Assembly: GCA_963785075.1 (NCBI GenBank)
Contig: CAWATW010000004.1
Coordinates: 338,516-402,515 of the forward strand
Reading direction: 5' to 3'
DNA length: 64,000 nt
Source: an uncultured bacterium
GTDB lineage: Bacteria; Actinomycetota; Acidimicrobiia; Spongiisociales; ZC4RG35
Shown: one piece after another, positions 45,590 through 54,855 of the stretch
Layout of the letters: each line of letters starts with the position of its first letter
How positions within the stretch are numbered: the first letter of the stretch is position 1
The notes under the pieces: model-generated
What the model was told of the DNA's origin: nothing
The model's input: the letters and a program-made list of their open reading frames with translations, nothing else
The model's database searches: none
Program-made: the position numbers and the translations under genes

Positions 45590-45605
45590 AGTACTGAGTA
45601 CTCAG
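45590..45605. promoter_or_regulatory. agtactgagtactcag containing the perfect 12-bp palindrome CTGAGTACTCAG, upstream (sense side) of tRNA-Thr
   Basis: Directly read. The 12-mer GTACTGAGTACT recurs at 63479-63490. Confidence 0.35.
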
Positions 45606-45623
45606 CACCAAGTCCTGAGCGTT

Positions 45624-45641
45624 GAAGCGCTCTAGCGCTTC
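45624..45641. terminator. perfect 18-bp palindrome gaagcgctctagcgcttc overlapping the holB stop codon
   Basis: Directly read. Confidence 0.3.
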
Positions 45642-46686
45642 ACGCGTTGGCCAGGTCAGCGAACAGGTCGGCCAGCAGGAGCTGGGGGCGGAGATTGGCC
45701 TCGAGGTCGATGACCGCACCCATGACGCGCTCGGCGCGTTCCACCGCGAGCCGGGGCGTGACCGTGGTGAGCGTGGCCACGGGGATGTCCCGGTTGCGCA
45801 TCGGACCTCCGAGCTGCACTGCCGCTGCGTCCAGGTACCACGATGCGATCAGCTCCAGCCCTGTCGAGAGCAACGACTGGCGGGCCCGGCGTCGAGCCCG
45901 CTCGGTCTCCTCCTTCGAGAGATCGGCGCCGACGCCTTCGAGCAACGGGTCGACCGACTCGATCATTTCGGCGGCAAGCCGAAACGCCTCGCCGGGACGG
46001 GCCGATGCCCGCAGCGGCACCGACAACCATGCCCTTCTGAACCCCGAGATCTCAGGGCTGGCCAGCACTGAGAAGGCCAGCCCCGGCCGGCCTCCGGCGA
46101 GCCCGGCCAGAACCTCGGCATGGGTCCCGTCGACGCCACGTTCGGTGAGCGCGGCCGTGAGCACGTGGTCGGCCACTCGCCCGAAGTGGACGGTGCGGCA
46201 ACGGCTCGCGACCGTCGACGGCAGCTGGTCCTCGAACTCGACGACGAGGATGAACACGGTGCTGACGGTCGGCTCTTCGAGCGTCTTCAGCAGGGCGTTC
46301 GCCGCCTGATCGGTCATCGAGCCCGCATCCTCGATCAAGAACACCTTCCGCGCCGCCTCGACAGGGCTCATCGAAGCCTGATGGATCGTGGCACGCGCCT
46401 GATCGACTCCGAGACTCTGGCGGCCTTCGGGCGCCACCAGGATGATGTCCGGATGGGCGCCGGAGAGCACCCGTCGACACGATCGACACTCGTCCTCGTG
46501 CACTCCGCCATCGGGACACAGCAACATCGCCGCAAAACGTCGTGCAACAACGGCCTTGCCCACACCTGCCGCCCCCGTGAAGAGGTAGGCGTTTGCGGGT
46601 GCCGGAGCCTCTCTCACCAGCAACTCCAGAACTCGCTCGTGACCGACGACGTCCCCAAACAGCTTCAACTGCGCAGACTCGATCAT
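45640..46686 (-). CDS. holB: DNA polymerase III subunit delta'
   Basis: ..AYLFTGAAGVGKAVVARRFAAMLLCPDGGVHEDECRSCRRVLSGAHPDI.. shows AAA+ clamp-loader motifs and a zinc module. Start at MIESAQ (46686). The ORF-track extension to 47103 is a shadow of tmk. Confidence 0.8.
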   Translation of the reverse strand: MIESAQLKLFGDVVGHERVLELLVREAPAPANAYLFTGAAGVGKAVVARRFAAMLLCPDGGVHEDECRSCRRVLSGAHPDIILVAPEGRQSLGVDQARATIHQASMSPVEAARKVFLIEDAGSMTDQAANALLKTLEEPTVSTVFILVVEFEDQLPSTVASRCRTVHFGRVADHVLTAALTERGVDGTHAEVLAGLAGGRPGLAFSVLASPEISGFRRAWLSVPLRASARPGEAFRLAAEMIESVDPLLEGVGADLSKEETERARRRARQSLLSTGLELIASWYLDAAAVQLGGPMRNRDIPVATLTTVTPRLAVERAERVMGAVIDLEANLRPQLLLADLFADLANA

Positions 46687-47282
46687 CGTTGCACCGCCGC
46701 CAGCTCCAACACCCTTCGAGCGGTCTCGTCGACCGATCCGTCCGCCGCCACCAGCTTCACCCGATCCGGCTCCGACAGCGCCAGAGACCGGTACGCGTCC
46801 GCCACCTGCTCTTGAAACCGCACTCCGGTCGAGCCGATACGGTCGGGATCCATCTGGCGGGCCAAGGCGACCTCCGGTTCCAGTTCCAGAACGGCGACGA
46901 GATCGGGAATCACTCCGTCGAGAACTGCCTCGTTCAGGGCGCGGACTGCCTCTACGCCGAGGCCGCGGGCGGCGCCCTGGTAGGCGAGCGACGAGTAGTA
47001 CGAACGGTCGGAGATGACAAAAGCCCCCCGCTCGAGGGCCGGGCCGACCACTTCTGACGCCAGCTGGGCTCGCTGGGCTGCGAACAGCGCAGCCTCGGCC
47101 CAAGGTGTCATCTCGTCCGAATGCAGCAGCAACCGACGTACCTCCTCACCGAGATTCGTCCCGCCGGGCTCACGAACCACAACCACTTCGTGCCCCTCGG
47201 ATTCGAGCCGGCGCGCCATCGCGCGTGCGACTGTGGTCTTCCCCGATCCGTCGACGCCTTCGAGAGCGATGTACCGACTCAC
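46683..47282 (-). CDS. tmk: thymidylate kinase
   Basis: MSRYIALEGVDGSGKTT P-loop, ..ISDRSYYSSLAYQG.. Confidence 0.9.
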   Translation of the reverse strand: MSRYIALEGVDGSGKTTVARAMARRLESEGHEVVVVREPGGTNLGEEVRRLLLHSDEMTPWAEAALFAAQRAQLASEVVGPALERGAFVISDRSYYSSLAYQGAARGLGVEAVRALNEAVLDGVIPDLVAVLELEPEVALARQMDPDRIGSTGVRFQEQVADAYRSLALSEPDRVKLVAADGSVDETARRVLELAAVQR

Positions 47283-48676
47283 TCTCCGTGCCGATCACCG
47301 CGAACCCATCCGGCGGCGCGACTGGCGTCCTGCAGTGTCCGATAGGCGGACTCATCCATGGGCTCACCACGCAGCTGGTGACGAACCGACCACATCGTCC
47401 CTCCACCCGAGGCGAAGATGACTGCCCCACTCAAGACGATGACCACACGAACGCCGCTCCCCAGGAAACCCGGGAGCACCCCGTCGAGCGCTGCAGCCCC
47501 CACTCCCGCCAATCCGAAGGAGATGAGTAGGGCGAGTCGGGCAGATGCGAACAGGGCGGCGAACGTTCTGCCGCGAATCTCGTCGGTGACGACCGCATGG
47601 AGGTGCGTGAAGCCGGTGACGTACGCGATTCCCGTACACAACCCGGCAGTCAGAACCCACCCGGCGGCGCCCCACACCGTCGATGTGAGACCGGCGAAGA
47701 CGATGGAAAGGCCGGCGAACACGAGCGCCAGCGCGAACACCGGCTCTCGTCGTTCGATCTTCTGACCGAAGAATGTCACGGCCCCCATACCCAACCCTGC
47801 GCCCACGCCCAAGGCCGTCACCACGATGCCATAACCCGAGTTGCTTCCCTTCAGAACCTGTTCCGAGAAGGGCTGACCGAGGACGAACAACGCTCCCCCG
47901 CCGAACAATCCGGCTGCCATCCCGGACACGAGGCGCCGAACCGAGGGATACGAGCCGACAAACCGGAACCCCTCGAGCATGTCCCGGAGCGGAGCCTTCA
48001 CGTCCAGCTTGCCCCGAGCCTTGCGCTCGCGGCTCAACACGGTCGCCGGGATCGCGATGGTGAGCATCATCAGACCCGACGCCACGAACGTGAAAGCGTC
48101 GAACACGAAGGCTGCCGCCACGCCGGGATTCGACACGGAATCGGGAAGCAGCCGCTCCCCGGACACGGCGAAGAGGGCGAAGAGGGCCGAGCCGACGGGC
48201 GCCGTGCCATAGCTGGCGATGAGATTCAAACCGTTGGCTGCCATGAGATGACGGCTGGGGATGAGCTGAGGAACAACCGACTCACGAGCCGGCTGACGGA
48301 TCAGCGAGAGCACTTCGATGAAGAACGTCACGACGAAGAGGTCCCGGTAGTTCCCCACGAACACGAGCACGAGCACGAGCACGGCTCGCCCGAAGTCCGC
48401 AACGATCATCGTCTTCTTGCGGTCGAGACGATCGGCGAGTACGCCACCGATGACACCGATCAACAACCCTGGAAGAATCCGGGCCACCAGCGCGACCAGA
48501 ATCCCAATCGGCGCCGCCCGCCCGCCGCCGGCGATGTGGGCGGCCAACGAGAAGGTTGCGAAGAGGGTTACCCAGTCGCCGAGGCTCGAGATGAGCTGTG
48601 ACCACCACAGGCGGGCAAACGGACCGCGCCGAATCAGTTCACGGCCGGTGATACGTTCGATCGACACGTCCACCAT
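47279..48676 (-). CDS. MFS transporter
   Basis: 12-14 TM, ..WWSQLISSLGDWVTLFA.., ..VLADRLDRKKTM.. MFS motif A-like. Start set at MVDVSIER to avoid overlap with the HK gene. Confidence 0.75.
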   Translation of the reverse strand: MVDVSIERITGRELIRRGPFARLWWSQLISSLGDWVTLFATFSLAAHIAGGGRAAPIGILVALVARILPGLLIGVIGGVLADRLDRKKTMIVADFGRAVLVLVLVFVGNYRDLFVVTFFIEVLSLIRQPARESVVPQLIPSRHLMAANGLNLIASYGTAPVGSALFALFAVSGERLLPDSVSNPGVAAAFVFDAFTFVASGLMMLTIAIPATVLSRERKARGKLDVKAPLRDMLEGFRFVGSYPSVRRLVSGMAAGLFGGGALFVLGQPFSEQVLKGSNSGYGIVVTALGVGAGLGMGAVTFFGQKIERREPVFALALVFAGLSIVFAGLTSTVWGAAGWVLTAGLCTGIAYVTGFTHLHAVVTDEIRGRTFAALFASARLALLISFGLAGVGAAALDGVLPGFLGSGVRVVIVLSGAVIFASGGGTMWSVRHQLRGEPMDESAYRTLQDASRAAGWVRGDRHGE

Positions 48677-48683
48677 GGCAAGG

Positions 48684-50321
48684 CTACTCGCCACTCCGGC
48701 CGACGTCGGTGTTCGGTCCGGTGTGAGTCGCATCATCGTCGGACGCCGGGAGTGTCAGCACGGCCGCGGTTCCGGCGCCGCGACCAGCGCTCTCGAGGGT
48801 CAGCGTGCCACCCATGGCCTCTGCGAGGCGGCGACTGATCACCAACCCGAGCCCGGTTCCTGTCCGCTCGCCCGATGACGACCGACCACTGAACGGCTTG
48901 AACAATTCCGCCATCTCCTCGCGGTCGATACCCTCACCTTCGTCTCGCACGGTCAGCACGACATTCTCACCGGAGCGCTCGGCGGCGATCGACACCGAGG
49001 CGTCGGCAGTGAACTTGACCGCATTCGACAACAGGTTGATCAGGATCTGGCGGAGTCGCACCGCATCTCCGAGCGCTGCGATTCCGGTCGACACGGAGGA
49101 TTCGACCGTCACCCGGCGATCCGTGGCCTGGGGCCCAACCAGACCGATCACCTCGTTCACGATGGGTGAGACGTCGATCCTCTGGTCGGTGGCGACCGTG
49201 AGCCGGCCCGCGTCGGAGCGAGCCACATCGAGCACGTCGCCGATCAGTTCGAGCACGTGGCGTGCGCTGTCACGGATGGCGGTCGCGAACTCGGCGCGTT
49301 CGTCCACCCCCAGATTCTCGCCGTTCTCCACCAGGATCTCTGCGTACCCGGCGATTGCCGTCATCGGGGTCCGAAGCTCGTGACTGAGCGACGAGATGAA
49401 GTCGCCTCTCGCACGATGAGCGTCGATGAGCGACTGTTCGAGGGCGGTGCGCTGGAGGCAGGCCACCGTGTGCGCGGCGATTGCCGCCAACGCCGCGGTT
49501 CGGGAGTGGGCGGTGTCGACCGCCGATGCCGCTCCCACCACACCTCCCTTCAGGTCGCCGGCGACCGGTAGGGGAACCACGAGCAGATCGGCTCCGGTCG
49601 GGTCGGGTACGACGGCGGTGGAGAACCCCGCATACCGCTCGGCGTACTCCAGCACCTCGGCGACCTCCGGTGGCGAACCGGTACCCGATTGCCTCCATGC
49701 GACGGTGATCGGTTCTGCGTCGGCTCGTGGCACGACGATCCTGCCGGCCGTCAGGCCGGCGACTCGTGCCACGAGCCTCAAGGCGTATTCGGCCACCAAG
49801 TCGGATTCGGTGAGCGTCACCATGGTCACCAACGAACGGGCGACGTCCCCGCTCGGATTCAACATCGCGGTCGTTCGGACCTTTCGAACCACACGCTTGG
49901 CGAAGTGCTCGAGCGCTCCCACGAGATCGTCGTCGGGGGCCTGTGCCAGCTCCACACTGAAAACGTGATCTCCAATCGGAGTCGCGACCTGAGACGGCAA
50001 CCCGACGGCCGCCGGAACCCAATCCCGGTCGTCGGGCCCGTGCACGACCCTCTGCACTTCGCCCGTGCGGAATGCCCGTCCGATGACCCCGAACTCGGCG
50101 ACGATGCCATCGAAGACCGTCTGGTAGCCGGCTTGGGCGATCAGCCACAACCGGCCTTCCCAATGCCGATACAGGGACGCCGCCACCGCCCCGGCGCTCA
50201 GCTCGCGTAGCCGACTCACTGCGAGTTGTGCAGCTTCGGGGCCAGACTCGTCGTCGAGAGCGGTTTCGACCCGTGTGAGCGCCGCGATCACGGAGGTGTT
50301 TTCGGTCTGCACAAGGCACAT
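48684..50321 (-). CDS. cytoplasmic GAF-domain sensor histidine kinase
   Basis: H-box ..FISSLSHELRTPMTAIAGYAEIL.., N/G boxes ..ILINLLSNAVKF.., ..DEGEGIDREEMAELFKPF.., ..GTGLGLVISRRLAEAMGG.. Start placed at MCLVQTEN (50321) because of the divergent topA promoter. Longer starts are possible. Confidence 0.75.
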   Translation of the reverse strand: MCLVQTENTSVIAALTRVETALDDESGPEAAQLAVSRLRELSAGAVAASLYRHWEGRLWLIAQAGYQTVFDGIVAEFGVIGRAFRTGEVQRVVHGPDDRDWVPAAVGLPSQVATPIGDHVFSVELAQAPDDDLVGALEHFAKRVVRKVRTTAMLNPSGDVARSLVTMVTLTESDLVAEYALRLVARVAGLTAGRIVVPRADAEPITVAWRQSGTGSPPEVAEVLEYAERYAGFSTAVVPDPTGADLLVVPLPVAGDLKGGVVGAASAVDTAHSRTAALAAIAAHTVACLQRTALEQSLIDAHRARGDFISSLSHELRTPMTAIAGYAEILVENGENLGVDERAEFATAIRDSARHVLELIGDVLDVARSDAGRLTVATDQRIDVSPIVNEVIGLVGPQATDRRVTVESSVSTGIAALGDAVRLRQILINLLSNAVKFTADASVSIAAERSGENVVLTVRDEGEGIDREEMAELFKPFSGRSSSGERTGTGLGLVISRRLAEAMGGTLTLESAGRGAGTAAVLTLPASDDDATHTGPNTDVGRSGE

Positions 50322-50359
50322 ATTGCCTTGTCGAGCGACGTTCGCCCATATGTGCGCCC

Positions 50360-50389
50360 TTGACACCAGGTCGATCCCTGGCGTAGCTT
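50360..50389 (+). promoter_or_regulatory. candidate sigma-70-type promoter TTGACA-N18-TAGCTT that positions the TSS at or near the topA GTG (leaderless)
   Basis: Perfect -35 hexamer, acceptable extended -10, GTG start codon at 50398 about 8 nt downstream. Confidence 0.4.
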
Positions 50390-50397
50390 GCCCATCC

Positions 50398-52971
50398 GTG
50401 TCCGGTCCTCTCGTGATCGTCGAGTCCCCCACCAAGGCCAAATCCATTGGTCGGTTTCTGCGCGCCCTGGACCCAGATATCAAGGTCGAGGCGTCGATCG
50501 GTCACATCCGCGACCTGCCCGAAGGCGCCAAGGCCCTGCCCGAGCGGTACAAGAAGGAGAAGTGGGCGTATCTCGGAGTCAACGTGGACGAGGGGTTCGA
50601 ACCGGTCTACGTCATCTCGACCCGATCCAAGTCCCAGATCAAGAAGTTGAAAGACCTGCTGGCCGACGCCGACGAGCTCTATCTCGCGACCGACGAAGAC
50701 CGCGAAGGCGAGGCGATCGCCTGGCACCTGGCCGAGGTGCTCAAGCCCAAGGTGCCGGTCAAACGAATGGTCTTCCACGAGATCACCGAACAGGCGATCC
50801 GAGAAGCATTTGCGTCACCACGCGATATCGACGAGAACCTGGTGGACGCCCAGGAGACACGCCGGATACTCGATCGGATCGTCGGGTACGACATCTCCCC
50901 GGTGGCCTGGAAGAAGGTCCGTCCTCGTCTTTCGGTCGGTCGGGTGCAGTCGGTGGCCGTTCGCATCGTCGTCGAACGTGAGCGCGAGCGAATGGCGTTT
51001 CGCTCCGCTTCCTACTGGGACATCGAGGGCGAATTCGCCACCGACGACGGCGAGTTCACGGGGTCGCTCGTTGCAGTCGACGGTGTCCGGGTAGCGGCCG
51101 GCCGTGACTTCTCTTCGCTGGGCGAGCTCACAACGTCCGATGTGGTGGCTCTCGATCAACCCGACGCCGAAGCGTTGGTCGGAGCACTCGACGGCGCCGA
51201 GTTCACGGTTCGGTCGACCGAGACGAAGCCATACACGCGCCGGCCCTACCCGCCATTCCGCACGTCGACCCTGCAACAGGAGTCCGGCCGCAAGCTGAAG
51301 TTCTCGTCGACTCGCACCATGAGCGTCGCTCAACGCCTGTACGAGAACGGCTTCATCACCTACATGCGAACCGACTCGACGTCGCTCTCCGAGGCTGCGA
51401 TCACTGCGGCACGTGGTGAGATCCACAAGCTGTACGGCGATGACTACGTGCCCGACAAGCCGCGCACCTACTCCGGCAAGGCCAAGAACGCCCAGGAGGC
51501 GCACGAGGCGATCCGTCCTGCCGGAGAAGCATGGAGGACGCCGGCTCAGGTCGGCAGAGAGCTCGGTGCGTCGAGCGACGAAGCCAGGCTGTACGACCTG
51601 ATCTGGAAGCGGACCCTCGCTTCGCAGATGCCGGATGCCAAAGGTGAGTCGCTGTCCGTGAGACTCGGAGCGACGGCCTCTGACGACCGGGACGCCGAGT
51701 TCTCGACCTCCGGGCGTGTCATCCAGTTCCCCGGCTTCCTCAAGGTCTATGTCGAATCGATCGACGACCCCGACGCCGACACCGACGACACCGAACGCCG
51801 ACTTCCGCCCCTGGCCGTGGATGACCCTCTCGAAGTCAGGTCTCTCGAAGCATCCGGTCACGAGACGAAACCACCCCGTCGCTACACCGAAGCCTCCCTG
51901 GTGCAGAAATTGGAGGAGCTCGGCGTCGGGCGACCATCGACCTACGCATCGATCATCGAGAAGATCCTCGACCGTCACTACGTGTGGAAGAAGAGCGGAG
52001 CGCTGGTCCCCTCGTTCACGGCGTTCGCTGTCGTCGCTCTGCTCGAACAGCACTTCCCTGACCTCGTGGACTATGCGTTCACAGCACGGATGGAGGAGGA
52101 CCTCGACCTCATCGCATCAGGCGAAGAGCAGCGAGTCGACTGGCTGAGCGGCTTCTACCTGGGCGAGACCGGGCTCCGACAGAGGATCGCCGACAACCTG
52201 GAGCACATCGATGCCCGCGAGATCAACTCGATTCCGATCGGGACCGACGTCCAGGGTCGCGAGATCGTGGCCAGGGTCGGGCGATACGGCCCCTATCTGG
52301 AGAGGCACGAAGATCGCGCTTCGATCCCCGACGACCTCGCGCCCGACGAGCTCGACGTGGCGAGAGCTACCGAGCTGATCGACGACCAGTCGAAGGGCGA
52401 CAAGATCCTCGGGACCGACCCGGACTCGGGTCTGGTGGTTTTGGGACGGACCGGCCGGTTCGGCCCCTATGTGCAGTTGGGCGAGCAGGAAGAAGGCAGC
52501 AAGGACAAGCCGAAACGAGCGAGCCTCCTCAAAGGGATGGAGCTCGACGAGTTGGGTCTCGACGGGGCCTTGAGACTGCTGTCGCTTCCTCGCCTCGTGG
52601 GAACCGACCCCGATGGCAGCGAGATTCGCGCCTTCAACGGGAAGTACGGGCCCTACATCAAACGCAGGGACGACTCGAGAAGCCTCGAATCCGAGGACCA
52701 GTTGTTCACCGTCACCGTGGAAGAGGCGATGGCGCTGCTCGCCGAACCCCCTCGGCGACGTGGCCAGCAAGCGGCTCCCGGCCCACTCCGCGAACTGGGT
52801 GAAGACCCCGTTTCGAAGAAGCCGGTCACCGTCCGCAAGGGCCGCTACGGACCCTACGTGACCGACGGCGACGTGAACGCATCGCTGCGCAAGGGCGACG
52901 ACCCGGAGAAGATCACCCTCGAACGCGCCGCCGAGCTGCTGGCCGACCGCCGATCCCGACTGGGGAAGTGA
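50398..52971 (+). CDS. topA: DNA topoisomerase I
   Basis: ..LVIVESPTKAKSIGRFL.. Toprim N-terminus, ..YMRTDSTSLSEAAI.. active-site Tyr region, Lys/Arg-rich C-terminal repeats typical of actinobacterial TopA. Alternative ATG at 50350. Confidence 0.92.
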   Translation: MSGPLVIVESPTKAKSIGRFLRALDPDIKVEASIGHIRDLPEGAKALPERYKKEKWAYLGVNVDEGFEPVYVISTRSKSQIKKLKDLLADADELYLATDEDREGEAIAWHLAEVLKPKVPVKRMVFHEITEQAIREAFASPRDIDENLVDAQETRRILDRIVGYDISPVAWKKVRPRLSVGRVQSVAVRIVVERERERMAFRSASYWDIEGEFATDDGEFTGSLVAVDGVRVAAGRDFSSLGELTTSDVVALDQPDAEALVGALDGAEFTVRSTETKPYTRRPYPPFRTSTLQQESGRKLKFSSTRTMSVAQRLYENGFITYMRTDSTSLSEAAITAARGEIHKLYGDDYVPDKPRTYSGKAKNAQEAHEAIRPAGEAWRTPAQVGRELGASSDEARLYDLIWKRTLASQMPDAKGESLSVRLGATASDDRDAEFSTSGRVIQFPGFLKVYVESIDDPDADTDDTERRLPPLAVDDPLEVRSLEASGHETKPPRRYTEASLVQKLEELGVGRPSTYASIIEKILDRHYVWKKSGALVPSFTAFAVVALLEQHFPDLVDYAFTARMEEDLDLIASGEEQRVDWLSGFYLGETGLRQRIADNLEHIDAREINSIPIGTDVQGREIVARVGRYGPYLERHEDRASIPDDLAPDELDVARATELIDDQSKGDKILGTDPDSGLVVLGRTGRFGPYVQLGEQEEGSKDKPKRASLLKGMELDELGLDGALRLLSLPRLVGTDPDGSEIRAFNGKYGPYIKRRDDSRSLESEDQLFTVTVEEAMALLAEPPRRRGQQAAPGPLRELGEDPVSKKPVTVRKGRYGPYVTDGDVNASLRKGDDPEKITLERAAELLADRRSRLGK

Positions 52972-52992
52972 GCTCGGCGCATGCGTGTCGAG

Positions 52993-53027
52993 TAATACGT
53001 AATACGTAATACGTAATACGTAATACG
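52993..53027. repeat. (TAATACG)x5 perfect tandem heptamer array in the topA / protease intergenic region
   Basis: Directly read. AT-rich island in a roughly 70% GC background, flanked by cgcatgcg and gtggcg..cgccac palindromes. Confidence 0.8.
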
Positions 53028-53142
53028 TGTGGCGGTTCGCTGTGCGCCACGCACGCATCTCACGGTCTGACGCTCAAGTTTTGACGCCGTCGGGGCCGAT
53101 GCACTTCCCAGAGGTACTCGTCTCACAAAAGGTGCACTTGAC

Positions 53143-54855
53143 GTGTTCGGGGGAATGCGACTGACCGATCGGAGCCGAAGCCGGAGCCGGCTCGCACCGA
53201 TCGTGGCGATCATCGGAATGCTCATCGCGGTGGTTCCCGCCTCGGCACCGCGGGTTGAAACGATGCATCAGGTGATCGTGCGTGCCGACTCTGCGATGCT
53301 CGATGTCGTCCGTCGCAACGTGGAGTCGCTGGGCGGCGTCATCGTCCGCGACCTTTCGATCATCAACGGTTTCGCAGCACGAGTGCCGGCGGGACTCGAT
53401 GCCGCATCGTTGCCCGGAGTCACCGAGGTGACCACCGACGGTCGCATCGAGCTGTCCTCGTCTCGAGCCGGGGGCGGGTACACGTCGATGCGGACCCTGA
53501 CCGACCGCGTGCTCGATGTCGATCGGCTCTGGGCGCGAGGGATCACGGGTGCCGGCGTGGGTGTCGCCCTGATCGACACGGGTGTGACGCCTGTGGGCGG
53601 GCTCGACGGAGACGGAAAGATCGTGAACGGTCCCGACCTGTCCTTCGACGCCGAATTCGAGAACCTCAGGTGGCTCGACATGTACGGGCACGGAACCCAC
53701 CTGGCGGGCATCATCGCGGGCGAGGACCCTCAGTTCTCACCACGCAGCAGCCGCCGCAACGTGTTCGCCGGGGTGGCACCTGAGGCCCAGATCGTCAACG
53801 TCAAAGTGGCAGACGCCACCGGGACCGCCGACGTCTCGCAGGTCATAGCCGGAATCCAGTGGGTTGTGGACCACAAGGACGACGGTCCGGTCGACATCAG
53901 GGTGTTGACGCTGGCGTTCGGAACCGATGGCACGCAGGCCTACACACTCGATCCGCTCGCTCACGCCGCCGAAGTGGCGTGGCACGAGGGCATCGTGGTC
54001 GTTGTCGCCGCCGGCAACGACGCTGCCGCACGGCCACTCCGCAACCCGGCCACGGACCCCTACGTGATCGCGGTGGGAGCGCTGGACCCCGCCAACAGCT
54101 CGAAGGTGTCGGATGATCGGCTGTTGGCGTTCTCGAACTGCGGCACCGCCGAACGCTCCGTGGATGTTCTTGCGCCGGGTAGATCCATCGCCAGTCTCCG
54201 AGTCGGAGGCTCCTTCATCGACGATCAGTACCCGGAGGCACGCACAGGTCGCCGGTACTTCCGGGGCACAGGAACGTCACAGGCCGCGGCGGTCGTGTCT
54301 GGAGCAGCAGCATTGTTGATCGACCAACGGCCCGATCTGACTCCAGATCAGGTCAAGGAGTTGCTGACCGAATCGGCACGCACCGTTGCGAGCGCCGGCG
54401 GAGCCTGCGCGCAAGCCGGATCTCTCGACGTTCGCCGAGCGTCGGCGAGTCCCACGCCCACCGTGGCTCAGGACTTCGACCGGTCTGACGGATCGGGATC
54501 ATTGGAGGCCGCTCGAGGGTCGTACCACGTGTCACACGACGGCATCGTTCTCGAAGGCGAGATCGACGTCACTGGAGGCACCTGGAGCGGAGGCACCTGG
54601 TCCGGAGGCACCTGGTCAGGAGGCACCTGGTCCGGAGGCACCTGGCGGAGGCCCTCAGGAGGCACCTGGTCCGGAGGCACCTGGAGCGGAGGCACCTGGT
54701 CCGGAGGCACCTGGTCCGGAGGCACCTGGTCCGGAGGCACCTGGAGCGGAGGCACCTGGTCCGGAGGCACCTGGTCCGGAGGCACCTGGAGCGGAGGCAC
54801 GTGGTCCGGAGGCACCTGGTCAGGGAGCACCTGGTCGGGTGCCCGATGGCGGTGA
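53143..54855 (+). CDS. secreted subtilisin-like serine protease (S8) with a C-terminal array of about 18 GGTWS pentapeptide repeats
   Basis: Signal peptide, catalytic triad contexts ..GVGVALIDTGV.. (Asp), ..HGTHLAGIIAG.. (His), ..GTGTSQAAAVVSGAAALL.. (Ser). C-term TGGTWSGGTWSGGTWS..WRRPSGGTWS(x12)..GSTWSGARWR. Confidence 0.85.
   Translation: MFGGMRLTDRSRSRSRLAPIVAIIGMLIAVVPASAPRVETMHQVIVRADSAMLDVVRRNVESLGGVIVRDLSIINGFAARVPAGLDAASLPGVTEVTTDGRIELSSSRAGGGYTSMRTLTDRVLDVDRLWARGITGAGVGVALIDTGVTPVGGLDGDGKIVNGPDLSFDAEFENLRWLDMYGHGTHLAGIIAGEDPQFSPRSSRRNVFAGVAPEAQIVNVKVADATGTADVSQVIAGIQWVVDHKDDGPVDIRVLTLAFGTDGTQAYTLDPLAHAAEVAWHEGIVVVVAAGNDAAARPLRNPATDPYVIAVGALDPANSSKVSDDRLLAFSNCGTAERSVDVLAPGRSIASLRVGGSFIDDQYPEARTGRRYFRGTGTSQAAAVVSGAAALLIDQRPDLTPDQVKELLTESARTVASAGGACAQAGSLDVRRASASPTPTVAQDFDRSDGSGSLEAARGSYHVSHDGIVLEGEIDVTGGTWSGGTWSGGTWSGGTWSGGTWRRPSGGTWSGGTWSGGTWSGGTWSGGTWSGGTWSGGTWSGGTWSGGTWSGGTWSGGTWSGSTWSGARWR
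54574..54837 (+). repeat. about 17.6 tandem copies of a 15-bp unit ggaggcacctggwsc encoding GGTWS, in two blocks (5 + 12) separated by a variant unit
   Basis: Directly read. The long antisense ORF 54468-56204 (PDQVPP repeats) is its shadow. Confidence 0.9.

Noticed and set aside
45266-45625. 119-aa plus-strand ORF covering tRNA-Thr
   Set aside because: It overlaps a well-formed tRNA and the sigH upstream region. Compositional artefact.
50815-52053. 412-aa minus-strand ORF, and the 49270-50778 502-aa ORF
   Set aside because: Antisense shadows of topA and the histidine kinase respectively. Arg/Gly-rich with no motifs.
54574-54837. Tandem 15-bp repeats as a possible CRISPR array
   Set aside because: The repeats are contiguous with no spacers and lie inside a protein-coding frame (GGTWS). 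No cas genes. Not CRISPR.
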